From: an uncultured delta proteobacterium
GTDB lineage: Bacteria; Myxococcota; Myxococcia; Myxococcales; Anaeromyxobacteraceae
Direction: 5' to 3'
Assembly: GCA_963757745.1 (NCBI GenBank)
Contig: CAVWSG010000007.1
Coordinates: 490,932-554,931, forward strand
Length of the DNA: 64,000 bases
The notes below the pieces were generated by a model that saw only the letters and a list, made by a program, of their open reading frames with translations, ran no database searches and was not told where the DNA came from. The translations under genes were made by a program, and so were the position numbers. Positions 32,213 through 40,874 of this stretch are shown here, piece after piece (the first letter of the stretch is position 1; the number at the start of each line of letters is the position of its first letter).

Positions 32213-33409
32213 TCACGCGCCCCGCGGCCGCGCCGCGAGAAGGCGCGCCACCTCGCGCGCCACCACCAGCTCCTCGTTGGCCGGGATGACGAGCACCCGC
32301 GCCCGCGCCCCGGCGGCGGTGAGCTCCGCCTCCGCCCCGCGGGTCGCCGCGTTGGACGCCGGGTCGAGCGCGAGCCCCAGCCCTTCCAGGCCGGCGCACA
32401 CCCCCGCCCGCACCGAGGCCGAGTTCTCGCCGATGCCCCCGGTGAAGACGAGGGCGTCGATCCCGCCGAGCTCGAGGAGGAAGGCCCCGGCCCACCGGCG
32501 CGCCTCGTGGACGAGCACGTCGAGCGCGAGCCTCGCCGGTGCCTCTCCGCGGAGGGCGGCCTCCTCCAGATCGCGCACGTCGTTCAGCCCGCCCGAGAGA
32601 CCCTTCAGGCCCCCCTCGCGCGAGAGCGCCCGCTCCGCCTCGTCGAGCGAGAGCCCGAGGGTGCGCATGACGTAGGGCAGCGCCATCGGGTCGAGGTCGC
32701 CCACCCGGTCGTTCTGCGGCAGGCCCGACTGCGGGCTCATGCCCATGCTGGAGCCGATGGCCACGCCATCGCGCATCCCGGTGACCGAGGAGGAGCCGCC
32801 GAGGTGGCAGGAAACGACCCGCAGCGGCGGACCCGCGACGGGACTCCGGCCCCCATCCACGTAGAGCCTCCTCGCCCGCTCGGCCACGTCGGGCCGGCCG
32901 AGGAGCTCGGCCGCCCGCTCGGCCACGAACTTGTGGCTCGCGCCGTGGAAGCCCCAGCGCCGGACGCCGGCCTCTCGCCAGCGCTCCGGCACCGCGTAGC
33001 GCGTGGCCGCCTCCGGCACCCACTGGTAGAAGGCGGTCTCGAAGAGCGCCACCATGGGCGTGCCGGGAAGAGCACGGCCGAAGGCGCGGATGCCGCGGAC
33101 GTAGGTCGGGTTGTGGACGGGCGCGATGCCGGCGTAGGCCTCCATCGCCGCGAGCACCGGCTCGTCGGCCAGCACGCAGCCCGAGATCCCCTTCGCCAGC
33201 ACGGCCTTGAAGCCCACCGCGGAGAGCTCGGAGAGGTCGCGCAGCGCCCCCTTCTCCCGCAGCGCCGCCAGGCACGCCTCGATCGCCTCGCCGTGGTCGG
33301 CGAGCCGCTCGAAGCCGCCCTTGGCGAGCACCCGCTCCTCGCCGTCGCCGAGCTCGAAGAGCCGGTACTTGAGCGAGGTGGAGCCGAGGTTGGCGACCAG
33401 GATCTTCAC
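32213..33409 (-). CDS. ackA: Acetate/propionate-family kinase
   Basis: MKILVANLGSTSLKYRLFEL ... VVSCHLGGSSSVTGMRDG ... LVFTGGIGENSASVR. Confidence 0.9.
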   Translation of the reverse strand: MKILVANLGSTSLKYRLFELGDGEERVLAKGGFERLADHGEAIEACLAALREKGALRDLSELSAVGFKAVLAKGISGCVLADEPVLAAMEAYAGIAPVHNPTYVRGIRAFGRALPGTPMVALFETAFYQWVPEAATRYAVPERWREAGVRRWGFHGASHKFVAERAAELLGRPDVAERARRLYVDGGRSPVAGPPLRVVSCHLGGSSSVTGMRDGVAIGSSMGMSPQSGLPQNDRVGDLDPMALPYVMRTLGLSLDEAERALSREGGLKGLSGGLNDVRDLEEAALRGEAPARLALDVLVHEARRWAGAFLLELGGIDALVFTGGIGENSASVRAGVCAGLEGLGLALDPASNAATRGAEAELTAAGARARVLVIPANEELVVAREVARLLAARPRGA

Positions 33410-33432
33410 GGTTGGGTGATCTCCCCGCGCGC

Positions 33433-33711
33433 TCAGGCCAGCCAGCGCCCGAGCCCGGACAGGTCCTCGTGCGGGCGTGGGATCACGTGCACGCTGACCA
33501 CCTCGCCGATGCTGGCGCCGGCGGCCGCGCCGGCGTCGGTGGCGGCCTTCACCGCGGCCACGTCGCCGCGGAAGAAGGCGGTGACGAGGCCGCTGCCGAT
33601 CTTCTCCCAGCCCACCAGGGTCACGTTGGCCGCCTTGAGGGCGGCGTCGGAGGCCTCGAGCAGCGCGCAGAGGCCCTTCGTCTCGATCATCCCGACCGCT
33701 TGCTGTGCCAT
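33433..33711 (-). CDS. BMC hexamer shell protein (BMC-H)
   Basis: [34 protein letters not shown]...[23 protein letters not shown]. Confidence 0.9.
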   Translation of the reverse strand: MAQQAVGMIETKGLCALLEASDAALKAANVTLVGWEKIGSGLVTAFFRGDVAAVKAATDAGAAAGASIGEVVSVHVIPRPHEDLSGLGRWLA

Positions 33712-33728
33712 TGTCGTCTATTCTCCGG

Positions 33729-33998
33729 CTACTTGAGGAAGGCGGCGAGGAGCTCGTTGTGAGGGCGGGCGATGACGTGGGAACTGACGAGCTCCCCCAC
33801 CCGCTCGGCCGCGCGGGCGCCGGCGTCGACCGACGCCTTGACGCTGCCCACGTCGCCCTTCACGAGGACGGTGATGAACCCGCCGCCGATGGGGACGGTG
33901 CGCACCATGGCCACGTTGGCCGCCTTGAGCATCGCGTCACTCGCCTCGACGCTGCCCACGAAACCCTTCGTCTCGATCATCCCGAGCGCTTCGTTCAT
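33729..33998 (-). CDS. BMC hexamer shell protein (BMC-H)
   Basis: [33 protein letters not shown]...GGGFITVLVKGDVGSVKASVDAG; GGAG RBS before the ATG at 33998. Confidence 0.85.
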   Translation of the reverse strand: MNEALGMIETKGFVGSVEASDAMLKAANVAMVRTVPIGGGFITVLVKGDVGSVKASVDAGARAAERVGELVSSHVIARPHNELLAAFLK

Positions 33999-34039
33999 CT
34001 CCACTCTCCTCACTGGTTTGTCGTTCGGACCCGGGCTCT

Positions 34040-34711
34040 TCAGCGGAACAGCTCGCACGGCGTTCCCGGCACGAGGTTGCATGCGTTGGCCTCGTCGGTG
34101 TCGATGTGCACCTCCAGCTCGAAGCTGGGGTTCACCCGCACCAGCACCTTCTCCAGCACCGTGGGGCAGTCGCCCCCCACCCGCAGCTTGAGATTCCCGC
34201 CCTCGGCGACCCCGTAGAACGCGGCGTCGGCCGGGCTCATGTGGGCGTGGCGCAGGGCGCGGATGAGCCCCTGCTCCATCCTGAAGTAGCCCCTCGGGCC
34301 CATGAGCATGCACCCCGGCGTGCCGGCGATGTCGCTGGAGAGGCGCACCGGCAGCTCGAAGCCGAGCGCGATGCCGTCGGTGAAGGCCAGCTCGACCTGG
34401 TTGTAGTCGCGGCAGGGGCCGAGGATGCGCAGGCCGGAGATGATGCGGCTCCGGGGCCCGATGAGCGTCACCGTCTCCTCGGCGGCGAAGTGGCCGGACT
34501 GGGCCAGCGGCTTGGCCGGGGCGAGCTCGCGGCCGGGGCCGAAGAGCGCCTCCACCGCCTCGCGCGTGAGGTGGCAGTGGCGCGCGCTCACGTTCACCCG
34601 AAGCGGATTGGGGGCCGCGGCCAGGACGTGGGGTGCCTCGCGCCCCAGCCGGCCGTACACCGCCTGGCGAACCAGGGCCTCGATGGCGCTGCGCGAAGGG
34701 TGAAGGTCCAT
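34040..34711 (-). CDS. PduL-type phosphotransacylase with an N-terminal encapsulation-peptide-like helix
   Basis: MDLHPSRSAIEALVRQAVYGRLG, then a duplicated PduL fold (RHCHLTREAVEALFG ... GPRGYFRME). Confidence 0.85.
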   Translation of the reverse strand: MDLHPSRSAIEALVRQAVYGRLGREAPHVLAAAPNPLRVNVSARHCHLTREAVEALFGPGRELAPAKPLAQSGHFAAEETVTLIGPRSRIISGLRILGPCRDYNQVELAFTDGIALGFELPVRLSSDIAGTPGCMLMGPRGYFRMEQGLIRALRHAHMSPADAAFYGVAEGGNLKLRVGGDCPTVLEKVLVRVNPSFELEVHIDTDEANACNLVPGTPCELFR

Positions 34712-34713
34712 CG

Positions 34714-35268
34714 TCAGACGAGCTCCCTGTAGACGTCGGGGTGCGGTCTCGGGATCACCACGGCGGAGACGAGGACGCCCGCCGCGGACACCACCTGCCG
34801 GCCGGCGGCCATGGAGGCCTGCACCGCGCCCACGTCGCCCACCATGGTGACGAAGGCCTTGCCGCCGAGCGCCATCGCCACCCGCAGCTCGATGAGCTTC
34901 ACGTCGGCCGCCTTGGCGGCTGCATCGGCGCCCTCGATGAGGGCCGCCACGTTGAACGACTCGAGGACGCCGAGCGCCCCGTTGGCTGCGGGCGGCGCGG
35001 CGGTGCGGCCCAGCGCGGCGAAGACGTCGGGGTGGAGGTTGGGAATGACGAGCTGCTGGATGAGGGTGCCGTTGGCCGACTCGGCGGCTGCCTCTACCGC
35101 CGCCTCGACCGCGGCCATCTCGCCGCCGACGAGGACGATGTACTTGCCCGAGCAGATGCTGCGCGAGAGGAGGAGCTCGACGTTGCCCGCCTTCAGCATG
35201 GTGTCGGCGGTGAGAAAGCCGCTCGCCACGCTGGTGAGCTCGACGAGGCCGATGGAGCGCTGTTTCAT
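34714..35268 (-). CDS. Tandem-domain BMC shell protein (BMC-T, PduT-like)
   Basis: Two BMC domains in 184 aa: MKQRSIGLVELTSVASGFLTADTMLKAGNVELL...ICSGKYIVLVGG / ...ALGVLESFNVAALIEGADAAAKAADVKLIEL. Its ATG overlaps the upstream stop (ATGA). Confidence 0.85.
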   Translation of the reverse strand: MKQRSIGLVELTSVASGFLTADTMLKAGNVELLLSRSICSGKYIVLVGGEMAAVEAAVEAAAESANGTLIQQLVIPNLHPDVFAALGRTAAPPAANGALGVLESFNVAALIEGADAAAKAADVKLIELRVAMALGGKAFVTMVGDVGAVQASMAAGRQVVSAAGVLVSAVVIPRPHPDVYRELV

Positions 35269-36602
35269 GGAGTCCTCGCCAGGGTGACCGCGGCGGCGTC
35301 GACCGCGCCGACGGTCGCGTCGAAGGGCGCGTGAACGATGGCGCCGAGCGCCCCCTGCGGAAGCTCGCCGAGAGGCTGCCCCCGGCGAACGCGATCGCCC
35401 GGCTTCACCAGGGGCTTGTTGGGCGCGCCAGCCCCCTGCTTGAGCGGCACCACGGCGCGGGCCGGGCTCAGCGAGACCTCGGAGAGCGGCGCCGGATGGG
35501 CGTACTGCTCGATGCGGAGCTTCTTCATGAGGCCGTTGATCGGCACCCGGCGGTCTCTGTGGAACGGGTGCGGCTTCTGGCTCTCCTTCTTCGGGAAGGG
35601 GAGCTTGGGGCCGGCCTTCCGGAGCTCGGCCTTGGAGTCGTCGCACGCCTCCTTGGGATAGAGCTCCTCGGGACAGGCGAAGATGGTGCAGAGGCCGCAG
35701 GCGCAGCAGAGCGTGGCGAGCTCGTCGAAGTAGGAGGCGCCCCGGGCGGCGAGGCCCAGGGTGCGCATCACCTGGTGCGGCTCGACCGCGTAGCCGAGCA
35801 GGTAGCGCGGGCAGAGCTCGGTGCAGTAGCGGCACTGGTCGCAGGCCGACTTGCCGATCTGCCGCATCTCGGGGCCGGTCTTGAGCTTGCGCTGCACGGC
35901 GTGGTGCTGGCGCGAGAGGACGATCACCCCACCCAGGGTCTTCGTCACCGGCGTGTCGAGGTCGGCGGTGGTGCTCCCCATCATCATGCCGCCGAGGCAG
36001 AGCACCGGGTCCGGGACCTTCGCGCCGCCGGCCGCGGCGATCACCTCGCGGAGCGGCGTGCCGAGCGGCGCCCAGAGCGTGGTGGGCTCGCCCACCGCGC
36101 CGGCCACGGTGAGGAGCTTCCGCGTCACCGCCTCGCCGCGGGCGGCCGCGGTGACGTTGGCGAGCGTCTCCACGTTCGCCACCACCACGCCGACGTCGAG
36201 CGGGATCCCGGCGGGCGGGATGAGCCGCCCGGTCACCTCGTGGACGAGGTCGTATTCGTCGCCGGCCGGGTAGTAGTCGCCGAGGAGCTTCACCCGCACC
36301 GGGCTCTTGGCGCACGCCTCGCGGACGGCCTCCACCGCGTGGGCGTTCTTGGCCTTCACCGCGACGAAGCCATCCTTCGCGCCCACCGCCTCCATGGCGA
36401 GGCGGACGCCCTCCACCACCTCGGCGGCCTGGTGCTCCATGCAGGCGGCGTCCTTGTGCAGGAGCGGCTCGCACTCGGCGCCGTTGGCGATGACGGTGTC
36501 GGCCCGGCCGGCGAGCTTCACGTGGGTGGGGAACCCCCCACCGCCCGCGCCCACCACGCCGGCGAGCCGCACCTTCTCCATGAGATTGGCCGCGCCCTGC
36601 AT
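35265..36602 (-). CDS. RnfC/PduS-like Fe-S flavoprotein (NADH-binding, two 4Fe-4S motifs)
   Basis: GVVGAGGGGFPTHVKL ... CDQCRYCTELCP ... CCACGLCTIFACP. Confidence 0.85.
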   Translation of the reverse strand: MQGAANLMEKVRLAGVVGAGGGGFPTHVKLAGRADTVIANGAECEPLLHKDAACMEHQAAEVVEGVRLAMEAVGAKDGFVAVKAKNAHAVEAVREACAKSPVRVKLLGDYYPAGDEYDLVHEVTGRLIPPAGIPLDVGVVVANVETLANVTAAARGEAVTRKLLTVAGAVGEPTTLWAPLGTPLREVIAAAGGAKVPDPVLCLGGMMMGSTTADLDTPVTKTLGGVIVLSRQHHAVQRKLKTGPEMRQIGKSACDQCRYCTELCPRYLLGYAVEPHQVMRTLGLAARGASYFDELATLCCACGLCTIFACPEELYPKEACDDSKAELRKAGPKLPFPKKESQKPHPFHRDRRVPINGLMKKLRIEQYAHPAPLSEVSLSPARAVVPLKQGAGAPNKPLVKPGDRVRRGQPLGELPQGALGAIVHAPFDATVGAVDAAAVTLARTP

Positions 36603-36741
36603 CTTCCGTCAAGCTCCTCTAGGACCTTCGCCCCCGCGCGGCGATCGATGGCGCATGATGGGGCAAGCCCCCTCCGGGATCAAGGGGCCCGCCGCGACCA
36701 ATGTGCCTGGAATGGCTCACTATAACCTTTTAGCCGCACGG

Positions 36742-38017
36742 TCAGCGAAGTGGAGCGGCGCGCTGTTCGGCCACGGCCCGCTCGTGGGCGCGCACGCCCT
36801 CGAGCCAGCCCACGCCCACCGGCACGCCGCTCCGGGCGCAGTAGTGGTCCCACACCGCGGCCCAGGGAAGCGACTTCGCCTCCTCCAAGAGCGCCAGGCG
36901 CGCGGTGAGGTCGCCCTTCCGCTCGGCCTCGGCGAAGGTGGCCCCGGGCTCGAGCAGCGCGCGGAGGAGCGCGCGGCGCATGTTGCGGGTGCCGATGGCC
37001 CAGGCCGCCACGCGGTTGATGCTGGCGTCGAAGAAGTCGAGCCCGATGGACACGCGGTCGAGCACCTGGCCCCGCACCAGCTCGGTGGCGATGGCCTGCG
37101 TCTCGTCGTCGAGCAGCACCACGTGGTCGCTGTCCCAGCGCACCGGGCGGCTCACGTGGAGCAGGACCCGGTCGACGAAGCTCAAGATTGACGAGAGCTT
37201 GTCGGAGACCACCTCGGTGGGGTGGAAGTGGCCGGTGTCGAGGCAGAGCATCACCTTCCGGCTCACCGCGTACGCCAGGTAGAACTCGTTCGAGCCGGGC
37301 GTGTAGCTCTCGGCGCCGAGCCCGAAGAGCTTTCCCTCCACCGCGTCGCGGTGGTGCTCGGGCTCCATCGGCTCGGCGAGCGCCTCGTCGAGCGACTCGC
37401 GCAAGAGCCGCCGTGGACCCCAGCGGTCGTAGGGCACGTCCTTCGAGCCGTCGGGGATCCAGATGTCGAGGACGGCGGGCGTCCCCAGCTCGCGCCCGAA
37501 CGAGCCGGCGATCTCGCGGCAGCGCTTGGTGTGCCTCACCCAGAAGGCGCGCACGCCGGGGTCGGGGTTCGTGAGCGTGCCGCCTTCGGAGAGCGGGTGC
37601 GAGAAGTAGGTGGCGTTGAAGTCGAGGCCGATCCCGCGCGCCTTCGCCCAGTCGACCCAGCGGGCGAAGTGCTCGGGCAGGATCTCGTCGCGCGCCACCG
37701 CGCGCTCAGCCTCGAGATAGGTGGTGTGCAGGTTGAAGCGCTTCGGCCCAGGAATCTGGGCCATCGCCACCTCGGCGTCGGTCCGCAGCTCGTCGGCGGT
37801 GCGCGCGCGCCCCGGGTAGTTCCCGGTGGCGGCGATGCCCCCGGTGAGCTCCGCGCGGGGATCCTCGAACCCCCGGACGTCGTCCCCCTGCCAGCAGTGC
37901 AGGGAGATGGGGATTCTGGTCGAGCCGCGCGAGCGCCGCCTCCACGTCGACGCCGACCTCGCCGTAAGCCTCGCGCGCCAGTCCGTAGGCGCGCTCGATG
38001 CGCGACTCTCCGCTCAT
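36742..38017 (-). CDS. rhaA: L-rhamnose isomerase, one frame interruption at ~37915
   Basis: N-terminus [34 protein letters not shown] in one frame. The remainder [26 protein letters not shown]...[15 protein letters not shown]...[13 protein letters not shown]...[19 protein letters not shown]...YCARSG in another. Both are collinear with E. coli RhaA. Confidence 0.85.
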
Positions 38018-39489
38018 TGCCACTCCCTTCGGGTCTTTCGGAAGCCCTGGTAGCGCCGCCAGACCTCGTCCGGCACCGGCGACCTGGGCACGAAGTCGTC
38101 GGGCGCGAAGGAGCGGCGCACCGCCGCCCGCGCCTCGGCCAGCGAGCCGAAGGCCCCCAGCGCGCGGAGCTGCATGCAGGCGTTGCCGAGCGCCGAGGTC
38201 TCGGCCGGCCCGGCGCCCACCGGCAGCCCGCAGGCATCGGCGCAGAGCTGGTTGAGGAGCCGGTTCTGACTGCCGCCGCCCACGATGCGGACGTGGGTGA
38301 TCTTCTTCTGGCGCAGCGCCTCGATGTCGTCCCGCACGCGCCGGTAGGCGAGCGCCAGGCTCTCGAAGGCGCAGCGCGCCAGGCTGGCGGTGTCGGCGGG
38401 CTCGGGCTGGCCGGTCTCGGCGCAGAAGGAGCGGAAGGCGGCGCTCATCGACGGCGGGTCGTAGAAGCGCGGGTCCTCCACGTCGACCACCGAGCGCCAG
38501 GGCGCGGCTCCCTCGGCCGCCTCCACCAGCGCCGCGTGGCTGAGACCGGGCAGCTCGGCGCGCAAGCGCTGGGCGAGCCAGAGCCCGACCACGTTCTCCA
38601 GCACCCGGTAGCGCCGGTCGACCCCGCCCTCGTTGGTCACGTTGTGCTGGCGGGCGGCGTCGGTGGCGTAGGGGGTGAGGCTCTCGATGCCCACCAGGGA
38701 CCAGGTGCCCGAGCTGATGAACATCTCGTCGTCGCCGGCGAGCGGGATGGCCGCCACCGCCGAGGCGGTGTCGTGGGTGGCGGGCGCGATCACCTTCACC
38801 TTGCGAGCTGCTCCCGAGGGCGCGGCGAGCTCGCCGAGGAGCGTGCCCGGCGCCACCGGTTTCACGAAGAGCTCCCGGCGGACGCCGGCCGCGGCGAGCA
38901 CCTGCTCGTCCCACTCGTCGGCGGCGAGCGCGTAGACCTGGGTGGTGGTGGCGTTGGTGTACTCGTTCGCCTGGACGCCGCACAGCCGGTGGTGGAACCA
39001 GTCGGGCAGCATGAGGAAGCGGCGCGCTCGCTCGAGCCAGCCGGGCCGGTGGCGGGCGGTGGCGGCGAGCTGGTAGAGCGTGTTGAACACCTGGAACTGG
39101 ATGCCGGTGCGCCGGTAGATCTCCTCGGGCGGCATCCGCCCGTAGACGGCCGCCATCTCCGGCACGGTGCGTTCGTCGCGGTAGCAGACCGCCTGGCCCA
39201 CGCGCTCGCCTTCGCCGTCGACCAGGACGTAGTCCACACCCCAGGAGTCGACCCCCAAGCTGGCAAGCGGCGCCTCGCGATCGGCCGCGGCGAGGCCCTC
39301 CCGCACCTTGGCCTCGATGGCCTCGACGTCCCAGCACATCCAGCCGGAGTCGGGGTCCTTGAACTGCGGGGTGTCGAAGCGCACGCCCTCGCGCAGGGTG
39401 ATGCGATCGCCATCGTAGGAGGCGCCTGCCACCCGGCAGCTCGCAGCGCCGAGGTCGACCGCCGCACAGTGAATGGTTTCCATCGTCAT
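38014..39489 (-). CDS. rhaB: Rhamnulokinase (FGGY carbohydrate kinase)
   Basis: MTMETIHCAAVDLGAASCRV ... SLGVDSWGVDYVL ... FISSGTWSLVG ... VRIVGGGSQNRLLNQL; stop overlaps the rhaA ATG (ATGA). Confidence 0.85.
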   Translation of the reverse strand: MTMETIHCAAVDLGAASCRVAGASYDGDRITLREGVRFDTPQFKDPDSGWMCWDVEAIEAKVREGLAAADREAPLASLGVDSWGVDYVLVDGEGERVGQAVCYRDERTVPEMAAVYGRMPPEEIYRRTGIQFQVFNTLYQLAATARHRPGWLERARRFLMLPDWFHHRLCGVQANEYTNATTTQVYALAADEWDEQVLAAAGVRRELFVKPVAPGTLLGELAAPSGAARKVKVIAPATHDTASAVAAIPLAGDDEMFISSGTWSLVGIESLTPYATDAARQHNVTNEGGVDRRYRVLENVVGLWLAQRLRAELPGLSHAALVEAAEGAAPWRSVVDVEDPRFYDPPSMSAAFRSFCAETGQPEPADTASLARCAFESLALAYRRVRDDIEALRQKKITHVRIVGGGSQNRLLNQLCADACGLPVGAGPAETSALGNACMQLRALGAFGSLAEARAAVRRSFAPDDFVPRSPVPDEVWRRYQGFRKTRREWQ

Positions 39490-39669
39490 GACTCCGGAGG
39501 GTGAGAGGAGGTTGTCACGGGCGCTGCCGGGCTGCCTTGGGAACTCCGCCAATCTTCGCCCCGAGGCGCTCCGGAAATCGAAGGAAAAGCGCCGCCACGG
39601 AAGGGGTCTCGCCGCGCTGGAAAGGAGCGCGCTCCGGAGGTATCCTCGCTCTTTCCCGGCAGGTGCCCG
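39490..39669. promoter_or_regulatory. Divergent intergenic control region between the rhaB-BMC operon and the rhaS-like regulator
   Basis: 180-bp non-coding gap between two divergently oriented genes; it is expected to hold both promoters and AraC-type operator half-sites. No motif was confirmed. Confidence 0.4.
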
Positions 39670-40530
39670 ATGAAGCTACCGGCAGGTGAGTACTTCCTCA
39701 CGCCCACGCAGGCGGTGGCCGTCCAGCCGCGGGCGCCACAGGCGCGCTTCCCGCTCCACGACCACGAGTTCGACGAGCTGGTGATTGTCCGCTCCGGACA
39801 CGGCTGGCACGTGCTCGACGAGGAGCCCCGCCTCATCACCTGCGGCGAGGTGCTCTACATGCGCGCCGAGGACCGCCACGCCTTCGAGGAGGTGCACGAC
39901 CTCTATCTGACGAATGTGCTTTACCGCCCCACCGAGCGGCTCCTCAGGCCCGACCGCTTGCGGGCCTGCATGGACCCGGTGGACGGCACCTCGGGGGCGC
40001 GGCGCCACTGGCAGGTGTGCGAGGAGACCCTCGACCGGCTCACGCCGCTCCTTGGACGGCTGGCCAGCGAGGCCAGCCGCAACGACCCGCTCTCCGAGGT
40101 GATGGCCGAGAGCCTCTTCATGGAGGTGTGCGTCACCCTCGCCCGCGAGCGCTTCGCCCCCGACGGCGAGGGCGTGCCCTGCGACGCCCGGCTCACCCAC
40201 GTCCTCGCCTACCTGCGGGCCCACTGCACGGGCGAGGTGGACCTCGACGACGCGGCGCGCCGCTTCGGCTACTCGACGCGCAACTTCGCCCGGGTCTTTC
40301 GCGAGGCCACCGCCACCACCCCGCACAACTACCTGGTGCAGCTCCGCCTCGGCCACGCCATGCGCGCGCTCCGCACCACGGAGAAGAGCGTCACCGAGAT
40401 CGCCTTCGACTCCGGCTTCAACGACAGCTGCCACTTCTCCTCGTCCTTCAGCAAGATGACCGGCGTCTCACCGCGCGAGTACCGGCGGCGGGCGCGAGCT
40501 CCCGGCGCCACGGCCGCCGCGATGAGCTGA
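39670..40530 (+). CDS. rhaS: AraC-family transcriptional activator, RhaS/RhaR-like (cupin + HTH)
   Basis: Collinear with E. coli RhaS: PRAPQARFPLHDHEFDELVIVRSGHGWHV...LTNVLYRP...C-terminal HTH TEIAFDSGFNDSCHFSSSFSKMTGVSPREYR. Confidence 0.85.
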   Translation: MKLPAGEYFLTPTQAVAVQPRAPQARFPLHDHEFDELVIVRSGHGWHVLDEEPRLITCGEVLYMRAEDRHAFEEVHDLYLTNVLYRPTERLLRPDRLRACMDPVDGTSGARRHWQVCEETLDRLTPLLGRLASEASRNDPLSEVMAESLFMEVCVTLARERFAPDGEGVPCDARLTHVLAYLRAHCTGEVDLDDAARRFGYSTRNFARVFREATATTPHNYLVQLRLGHAMRALRTTEKSVTEIAFDSGFNDSCHFSSSFSKMTGVSPREYRRRARAPGATAAAMS

Positions 40531-40789
40531 CGCGCTCCTGCCGCTCCTCGAATAGAGGGCCGCGACATCGGGGTGTGGCGCGAGGTGGTGCCGAAGCCCG
40601 ACCCCGACGCACTCGCCCGCTCCGGATGCGAGTTCACGAGGAAGCACCTCGCCTGACCGCCGGTCAGGACGCCGTGGAGACCCGGCCGTTCGGTCGCCGG
40701 CACCTCGAGACAGTGGGGAGGGATGGGGTACGAGGAACCCGGCACGGGCGGGAGCGGACGGCTCACGCGAGTAATCCAGTACTGGGAGA

Positions 40790-40861
40790 AGGCACCGCCC
40801 GGATTCGAACCGGGGAATGAGGGTTTTGCAGACCCTTGCCTTACCACTTGGCGACGGTGCC
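40790..40861 (-). tRNA. tRNA-Cys (anticodon GCA)
   Basis: 72-nt cloverleaf folded by hand. Acceptor GGCACCG/CGGUGCC, 3-bp D stem with short loop, anticodon stem AGGGU/ACCCU with loop CUGCAAA, T arm CCCGG-UUCGAAU-CCGGG, discriminator U. No CCA is encoded. Confidence 0.8.
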
Positions 40862-40874
40862 GAGAGCGTGCGTT

